From assembly GCF_006345805.1 (NCBI RefSeq), contig NW_021829363.1:1-6689 (forward strand): DNA of 6,689 bases, read 5' to 3'. Positions within the stretch are counted from its first letter, which is position 1. Each line of letters opens with the position of its first letter. A program made the position numbers and the translations under genes. The notes beneath the pieces were generated by a model. It saw only the letters and a program-made list of their open reading frames with translations, was not told the origin of the DNA and searched no databases. The stretch comes from Octopus sinensis (lineage: Eukaryota). Below, piece by piece: positions 1-5,788 of the stretch.

Positions 1-1043
1 ATAGTAAATACTGCACTGAAGCCCCATGCAACTACCACTGCTTTGTATCCTGCTACTGTAGCTTGAACCAAACCACCATTACCACTACCTTTACAACTGT
101 AGCCCAAACCACAGCGGCAGGCTTGCCTGTACAACTACCACTACTATAACCCTTTGCTTGTACGGCTACTACTGTAGCCTGAACAAGACCACACTACCAC
201 CATCCCACTGCATTATACCACTACTACTGTAGCCTGAACCACACCAGCGTTACCACCACCACCACCACCACCACCACCACAACTATAGCCCAAACTGTAA
301 CAACTGTTATAGTAAATACTGGCACTGAAGCCCCATGCAACTACCACTGCCTTGTATCGCTGCTACTGTAGCTTGAACCAAACCACCATTACCACTACCT
401 TTACAACGTAGCCCAAACACCGCGGCAGGCTGCCTGTACAACTACCACTAATATAACCCTTTGCTGGTACGGCTACTACTGTAGCATGAACAAGACCACA
501 CTAACACCATCCACTGCATTATACCACTACTACTGTAGCCTGAACCACACCAGCACGTACCTACCACCCACCACCACAACCACCACACAACGATAGCCCA
601 AACTATAACAACTGTTATAGTAAATACTACCACTGTTATAACCCACTGCTTTGTACCGCTGCTACTGTAGCTTGAACCACACCACCATTACCACTATCTT
701 TACAACTGTAGCCCAAACCACAGCGACAGGTTTGCCTGTACAACTACCACTGCTATAACCCTTTGCTTGTGCGGCTACTACTGTAGCCTGAACAAGACCA
801 CACTACCACCATCCCACTGCATTATACCACTACTACTGTAACCTGAACCACACCAGCGTTACCATCACCACCACCACCACCTCAACTATAGCCCAAACTA
901 TAACAACTGTTGTTATAGTAAATACTGGCACCGAAGCCCATACAACTACCACTGTTATAACCCACTGCTTTGTACCGCTGCTACTCTAGCTTGAACCACA
1001 CCACCATTACCACTACCTTTACAACTGTAGCCCAAACTACAGC
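1..1043. repeat. Higher-order tandem array A (C/A-rich on + strand), ~300-bp unit, 3 full units plus a partial; may continue left of the window
   Basis: The anchor ATAGTAAATACT recurs at 1, 309, 617 and 915 (units of 308, 308 and 298 bp; the last unit is truncated at 1043). Each unit has 5 copies of an ACT(G/A)TAGC core, at 55, 96, 171, 226 and 282 in unit 1. Confidence 0.95.
252..280 (+). repeat. (ACC)n microsatellite inside array A unit 1
   Basis: About nine perfect ACC repeats; shorter or interrupted versions occur in units 2 and 3. Confidence 0.9.
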
Positions 1044-1066
1044 AATATGACTTCCTACTATATCAG

Positions 1067-1129
1067 GAATTTATGGAAAAGACTGAAACACTTGAAGAAG
1101 AAACGCCCCATTAAAATCAAACATATCCG
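1067..1129 (+). CDS. Candidate small exon (63 nt internal exon, or a first coding exon from ATG 1047); product unknown
   Basis: Consensus donor CCG|GTAAGT at 1129/1130 and a possible acceptor TTCCTACTATATCAG|G at 1066/1067. Length is a multiple of 3. One open frame reads MTSYYIRNLWKRLKHLKKKRPIKIKHI from ATG 1047. No homology recognised. Confidence 0.22.
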
Positions 1130-1149
1130 GTAAGTGTAGCTTCTGTTGA

Positions 1150-2630
1150 CCTTTATTTGGAGAGTGGGTGTGAGGGAGGTGCGGGGGGTCCCGTCTGTGA
1201 CCCTCCCCCCCTCACCTTGTTTAACTGTTCCTTTCACAGAAGAGATGTAGGGGCTCTGTGGCCCTTTCTTATGCTTTCTGCATTGTTACCTTCATTGACT
1301 TGTTGATTTCACGGGGGCATGTTGGTGGTGGTGGGCCTATCTGTGGGGCCCCTTGTTAATGTGTTGCTTTTGTAGAAGAGGTGTAGGGGTTCTGTGACCC
1401 TTTGCTTATGCTTTCTGCAGTGTTACCTTCATTGACTTGTTGATTTCATGGGGGGGCATGTTGGTGGCGGTGGTGGATGTGGTGGGTCTATCTGTGGGGC
1501 TCCTTGTTAATGTGTTGCTTTCATAGAAGAGGTGTAGGGGCCCTGTGGTCCTTGCTTATACTTTCTGCATTGTTACTTTCATTGACTTGTTGATTTCATG
1601 GGGGCATGTTGGTCGTGGTGGTGGATGTGGTGGGTCTATCTGTGGGGCCCCTTGTTAATGTGTTGCTTTCGTAGAAGAGGTGTAGGGGCCCTGTGACCCT
1701 TTGCTTATACTTTCTGCAGTTTTACCTTCATTGACTTGTTGATTTCATGGGGGGCATGTTGGTGGCCGTGGTGGAGGTGGTGGGTCTATCTGTGGGGCCC
1801 CTTGTTAATGTGTTGCTTTTGTAGAAGAGGTGTAGGGGTCCTGTGACCCTTTGCTTATGCTTTCTGCAGTGTTACCTTCATTGACTTGTTGATTTCATGG
1901 GGGCATGTTGGTGGCAGTGGTGGATGTGGTGGGTATATCTGTGGGGCCCCTTGTTAATGTGTTGCTTTTGTAGAAGAGGTGTAGGGGTCCTGTGACCCTT
2001 TGCTTATGCTTTCTGCAGTGTTACCTTCATTGACTTGTTGATTTCATGGGGGCATGTTGGTGGCAGTGGTGGATGTGGTGGGTATATCTGTGGGGCCCCT
2101 TGTTAATGTGTTGCTTTTGTAGAAGAGGTGTAGGGGCTCTGTGGTCCTTGCTTATGCTTTCTGCATTGTTACCTTCATTAGAGTGGCAACAGGATCTGAC
2201 TTGGACCCCTTGTTGACTTGTTGATTTCATGGGGGCATGTTGGTGGTGATGGAGGTGGTGGGTCTATCCGTGGGACCCGTTGTTAATATGTTTCATAGAA
2301 GAGGTGTAGGAACTCTGTGGCCCTTTCTTATGCTTTCTGCATTGTTGCAGTCATTGAAGTGGTGGAGGGATGTGACTGGGACCCCTTGTTGACTTGTTGA
2401 TTTCATAGGAGCAAGGTGGTGATGGGGGAGGGTGGAGGATCTGTCTGTGGGAGCCCCTTGTTAAAATGTTGTTTTCATAGCAGGGGTGGAAGGGTTTGCT
2501 GGCCTCCCCACCTCCACGTTCTGTATTGTTACCTTTATAGAAGTGAAGTCTGATTGACCGACCCCCTTGTTGATTTGTTGTTTTCATAAAATCTGGGTCT
2601 GCGGCCCCTTTTGAACTACTGTTTTCAAAG
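1150..2630. repeat. Array B, left block: young core plus older diverged monomers of 41-75 bp
   Basis: A recurring motif CCCCTTGTT(G/A)A..TGTTG.TTTCAT(A/G)G. Monomer starts fall at about 2174, 2226, 2292, 2350, 2402, 2474, 2534, 2583 and 2624. The left boundary is approximate. Confidence 0.85.
1233..2173. repeat. Young homogeneous core of tandem array B, ~150-bp unit
   Basis: The anchor TTCATTGACTTGTTG occurs at 1291, 1428, 1578, 1727, 1877 and 2026, and the next TTCATT is at 2174. Periods are 137, 150, 149, 150, 149 and 148 bp. Confidence 0.97.
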
Positions 2631-2632
2631 GT

Positions 2633-3003
2633 GCAGGCATGGCTGTGTGGTAAGAAACATGCTTCCCAACCACATGGTTCTGGGTTTAGTCCTGCTGCAT
2701 GGCACCTTGTGAGTAGATTTGGTATATGGAAACTGAAAGGAGCCCATTGTACATGTATATATATAAATGTGTGTGTGTGTGTCTTATGTCTATATTTGTC
2801 CCCCACCACTACTTGACAACTAGTGTTGGTGTCTCCATTCCTGTAACCTAGCAGTTTGGCAAAAGAGACTGATAGAATAAGTACCAGGCCGAAAAAAAAA
2901 AAAGTACTAGGGTCCATTCATTCACTAAAATTCTTCAATACCAAGGTGGTGCTCCAGCATGGCCTCAATTTAATGACTGAAATAAGTAAAAAATAAAAGA
3001 TAA
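2633..3003 (+). mobile_element. tRNA-derived SINE, family 1 (octopus-type as recalled), near full length with an internal deletion
   Basis: A-box-like TGGCTGTGTGGT (2640-2651) and B-box-like GGTTTAGTCC (2683-2692), an internal (TA)/(TG) tract, and an A-rich tail AATAAGTAAAAAATAAAAGATAA. Homologous to 3918-4015 (-) and 6436-6689 (+). No TSD found. Confidence 0.85.
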
Positions 3004-3039
3004 TAGAACAAGTGTGGGACACCTGGCAGTTTTATTTTT

Positions 3040-3258
3040 TTCTGACTGCCCCCTGTTTGTTAATCTGCTGCTTCCATAGAGACAGGGGAGTGGAGGCCTG
3101 TGACCCCTGATAAACTGTTGCTTTCATAGAAGTGATGGTGATGCCCTATGGCCTGCTGCTGCTTTCTGTATGATCCCTTTCATTGAAGAGGTGGTCTCTC
3201 ACTGGCATCCTTTTGAACTGTTGGTTTCATAAACATAGGATCTGTAGCCCCTTGTTGA
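3040..3258. repeat. Array B, middle block (diverged monomers)
   Basis: CTGTGACCCCTGATAAACTGTTGCTTTCATAGAAG, TTTTGAACTGTTGGTTTCATAAA and CTGTAGCCCCTTGTTGAAC all match the array B motif. Confidence 0.75.
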
Positions 3259-3423
3259 ACAAAGTCTTCTACTACAGCCACTCCAGCCTCTTCTTGATTC
3301 TGCTTTGAAAGCAACAATACTGCAAGGGGCTCACATAGCCTACCCTACCTCCTTCAGGAAAGAAGCATGGGTTGGATGCTTCAACTGGGGTCTGGGAAGC
3401 CAGAAGGCTGTGCCAGGCCCAGT
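3259..3423 (-). repeat. Composite inverted duplication (left arm of a hairpin)
   Basis: 3293-3423 is the reverse complement of 3624-3754 (129/131 identical). 3259-3294 is the reverse complement of 3900-3935 (35/36 identical). The two segments overlap by CT at 3293-3294. Confidence 0.97.
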
Positions 3424-3683
3424 AAAAAGCACTATCCGATTGTGGCCATTGCCTGCCTCGCCTGGCCCCCGTGCCGGTGGTACATAAAAAGCACCATCCG
3501 ATTGTGGCCGTTCGCCAGCCACATCTGGCACTTGTGCTGGTAGCACGTAAAAAGCACCTACTACACTCTTGGAGTGGTTGGCGTTAGGAAGGGCATCCAG
3601 CCATAGAAACACTGCCAGATCAGACTGGGCCTGGCACAGCCTTCTGGCTTCCCAGACCCCAGTTGAAGCGTCCAACCCATGCT
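3424..3683 (+). mobile_element. Family 3 retroposon fragment A (RTE-like 3' tail, Ceph-SINE-like as recalled), truncated at both ends
   Basis: Two ~62-bp internal units (AAAAAGCAC at 3424, 3486 and 3549), followed by GAGTGGTTGGCGTTAGGAAGGGCATCCAGCC...GTCCAACCCATGCT as in 4422-4792 and 5496-5676. It lacks the (GAT)n tail. Confidence 0.85.
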
Positions 3684-3917
3684 TCTTTCCTGAAGGAGGT
3701 AGGGTAGGCCATGTGAGCCCCTTGCAGTATTGTTGCTTTCAAAGCAGAATCAAGGTCTGACTGACCCCATTTATTAGCCTGTGGCTTTCATGGAGGTGGA
3801 AAGGTGGAGGTTTTAAGGGTCTTTTGTTATGCAGCTGTTTCCACAGAAGAGATGGAGCGGCCCGTGACCTTCACTCTCCCCACTTTTTGTTACTTGCATA
3901 GAAGAGGCTGGAGTGAC
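3684..3917. repeat. Array B, right block (diverged monomers)
   Basis: GAGCCCCTTGCAGTATTGTTGCTTTCAAAG, GTGGCTTTCATGGAGGTGG, TTTCCACAGAAGAGATGGAG and TTGCATAGAAGAGG all match the array B motif. Confidence 0.7.
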
Positions 3918-4015
3918 TGTAGTAGAAGACTTTGTGCACAAGATGCCACACGGTGGGATTGAACCCGGAACCATGCAGGTGGGAAGCAAACTTCTTACCA
4001 CACAGTCACACCTGT
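3918..4015 (-). mobile_element. Family 1 SINE 5' head fragment
   Basis: The reverse complement of 3937-4015 aligns with 2633-2711 at 60/79 by manual count. It has A-box-like TGACTGTGTGGT and B-box-like GGTTCAATCC. Confidence 0.85.
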
Positions 4016-4189
4016 ATCTAACCAGCAATAATTTTGTCAAATCAGAGGATATTGCCTGCCATGTTGAAATTGCACAATCTTTGGTGTATGACGTCACATC
4101 AGATAGTTTGTCTCATCCCATTCCATCCAGGCCCATCCTGCCTTGTTCTGCCTTTTTGTCATTCAAGCTTCATTCATATATGTTCCACA

Positions 4190-4408
4190 GCGGCGAGCTG
4201 GCAGAAATGGTAGCACGCCGGGCGAAATGCGTAGCCGTATTTCGTCTGCCGCTACATTCTGAGTTCAAATTCCGCCGAGGTCGACTTTGCCTTTCATCCT
4301 TTCGGGGTCGATTAAATAAGTACCAGTTACGCACTGGGGTCGATATAATAGACTTAATCCCTTTTTCTGTCCCCTCTGTGTTTAGCCCCTTGTGGGTAGT
4401 TAATAAAT
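4190..4408 (+). mobile_element. tRNA-derived SINE, family 2 (central part resembles the Nin-type conserved domain as recalled), full length with TSD
   Basis: A-box-like TGGCAGAAATGG (4199-4210), B-box-like AGTTCAAATTC (4262-4272) and a central GCCTTTCATCCTTTCGGGGTCGAT..AAGTACCAG. The direct repeat ATATATGTTCCACAGC flanks it at 4176-4191 and 4409-4424. A second copy lies at 5231-5447. Confidence 0.92.
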
Positions 4409-4421
4409 ATATATGTTCCAC

Positions 4422-4792
4422 AGCACCATCCAAACGTGGCCGATGCCAGCGCCGCCCCGACTGGCTTCTGTGCCGGTGACACATAAAAAGCACCATCCGA
4501 ACGTGGCCGTTGCCAGCGCTACCTTGACTGGCCTCCGTGCTGGTGGCACGTTAAAAGCTCCAACCGATCGTGGCCGATGCCGGACCCCCCTGGCACCTGT
4601 GCAGGTGGCACATAAAATGCATCCACTACACTCGCGGAGTGGTTGGCATTAGGAAGGGCATCCAGCTGTAGAAACTCTGCCAGACCAGACTGGAGCCTGG
4701 TGCAGCCCCTGGCTTCCCAGACCCCGGTCGAACCGTCCAACCTGTGCTAGCGCGGAAAACGGACGTTAAACGATGATGATGATGATGATGAT
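4422..4792 (+). mobile_element. Family 3 retroposon copy B, 5'-truncated, with (GAT)7 tail
   Basis: Three internal 61-67-bp units (starts at about 4422, 4489, 4556 and 4617), then GAGTGGTTGGCATTAGGAAGGGCATCCAGC, ending GGACGTTAAAC(GAT)7 at 4772-4792. Confidence 0.9.
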
Positions 4793-4985
4793 TCCCCTCT
4801 AGAAAAAGTGCAGGATGTCTTCTATTATGTGCAGCCCACTCATCTGTCCCTTCTGCTGATGTAACCCTCTGTCATAGAGTGACCTGTTGGTCTTCCATAG
4901 ATCATCATCACCATCATCGTTTATGTTATGGGAGAATCCTGAACACCCTCACCTGACTTGAAGGTGGACTAACCGATTCCAATGC

Positions 4986-5081
4986 AAAGCCATGCCAAAT
5001 CAGACTGGAGCCTGGTGCAGTCTTCCAGCATGCCAACCCAGTCAAACCATCCAGCATGGACAACGGATGTTAAATGATGAT
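4986..5081 (+). mobile_element. Family 3 degenerate 3' fragment C
   Basis: ATCAGACTGGAGCCTGGTGCAG is identical to copy D, and the fragment ends GGATGTTAAATGATGAT. Confidence 0.75.
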
Positions 5082-5084
5082 AAT

Positions 5085-5150
5085 CAATGTTTCTCAACTT
5101 TTTTACCCTTGTGTAACCCTTTAAATAAATTGCACGTCGCAAGGAACCCC
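5085..5150 (+). mobile_element. Possible remnant of a hAT-type DNA transposon terminus
   Basis: CAATGTTTCTCAACTTTTTT...GGAACCCC resembles the CAGTG(G/T)TTCTCAACCT-type hAT termini as recalled. No convincing partner TIR or 8-bp TSD was found. Confidence 0.25.
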
Positions 5151-5230
5151 AGCACAAAAAACATTATATATACCATTTCTTTTTCATATTTTTCATTGTA
5201 GTTCACATGGTAAATATCATATATATATAT

Positions 5231-5447
5231 ATTTCTTTACTGCCCACAAGGGGCTAAATATAGAGGGGACAAACAAGGACAGAGAAAGGGATTAAGTCGA
5301 TTACATCGACCCCAGTGCGTAACTGCTACTTTATTTATTGACCCCGAAAGGATGACAGGCAAAGTCGACCACGGCGGAATTTGAACTCAGAATGTATCGG
5401 CTACGCATTTTGTCCGGCGTACTAACGTTTCTGCCAAGCTCACCGCC
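5231..5447 (-). mobile_element. Family 2 SINE, second copy, inside a (TA)n tract
   Basis: The reverse complement aligns over its whole length with 4190-4408 (roughly 90% by eye, two indels). It is flanked by AT repeats at 5219-5232 and 5448-5491. Confidence 0.92.
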
Positions 5448-5452
5448 TATAT

Positions 5453-5491
<39 letters not shown>
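5448..5491. repeat. (TA)n microsatellite
   Basis: Directly visible, with one interruption. Confidence 0.95.
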
Positions 5492-5495
<4 letters not shown>

Positions 5496-5676
5496 ACTAC
5501 ATCACGGCAGAGTGGTTGGCGGAGTGGTTGGCGTTAGGAAGGTTATCCAGCCGTAGAAACATTGTCAGATCAGACTGGAGCCTGGTGCAGCCTTCTGGCT
5601 TCCCAGACCCCAGCTGAACCGTCCAACCCATGCTAGCATGGAAAGTGGACGCTAAACGACGATGACGATGATGATG
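5496..5676 (+). mobile_element. Family 3 copy D, 5'-truncated, with an interrupted (GAT/GAC)n tail
   Basis: GAGTGGTTGGCGTTAGGAAGG...GTCCAACCCATGCTAGCATGGAAAGTGGACGCTAAACGACGATGACGATGATGATG. Confidence 0.9.
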
Positions 5677-5707
5677 TATACCCACATCATAACAGTTTAA
5701 TATGCTT

Positions 5708-5768
5708 CTTCCATGATGGCATGGGTGGAAGGTTTGACATGGAGCTGGCCAGGTGGGAGCCTGCACCA
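5708..5768 (-). mobile_element. Old, diverged family 3-like 3' fragment E
   Basis: The reverse complement TGGTGCAGGCTCCCACC...AAACCTTCCACCCATGCCATCATGGAAG aligns loosely with 5583-5645. Confidence 0.5.
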
Positions 5769-5788
5769 TGTAGTGGGATTTTGAGTAT

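Noticed and set aside
1-1043. Array A as a Thr-rich mucin or Gly/Tyr/Ser/Cys-rich structural protein exon (including ORF 448-633)
   Set aside because: Translating the cleaner unit 3 gives stops in all six frames, and unit lengths of 308 and 298 are not multiples of 3.
1233-2630. CRISPR-like repeat-spacer array
   Set aside because: The intervening segments are themselves homologous copies rather than unique spacers, the context is eukaryotic SINEs, and there are no cas genes.
3259-3683. Twin-priming 5' inversion of a retroposon
   Set aside because: Twin priming inverts an upstream, non-overlapping part of the element RNA. Here the inverted part duplicates downstream sequence, including host flank.
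3293-3754. MITE or foldback transposon with 131-bp TIRs
   Set aside because: There is no TSD (flanks CAGCCTCTT versus GTCTGACTG), and the arm is a chimera of SINE and local array sequence with a second inverted segment from 145 bp further on.
1233-3917. Array B as a coding repeat (minus-strand MK(S/T)TxQQG motif in ORFs 2027-2230 and 2351-2917)
   Set aside because: Monomer lengths vary from 41 to 75 bp without preserving frame, and stops are frequent. A recurring peptide motif follows trivially from the DNA repetition. A remote coding origin cannot be excluded but is unsupported.
4190-4275. Functional tRNA genes at the SINE heads (also 2633-2710)
   Set aside because: A and B boxes are present but there is no convincing cloverleaf, and each head continues into a shared SINE body.
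3305-4740. ORFs 3305-3487, 3340-3675, 3569-3760, 3813-4097, 3913-4479, 4170-4496, 4413-4652 and 4519-4740
   Set aside because: They run across SINE and array junctions. Peptides such as LDALPNANHS recur only because the SINE recurs. No domain was recognised.
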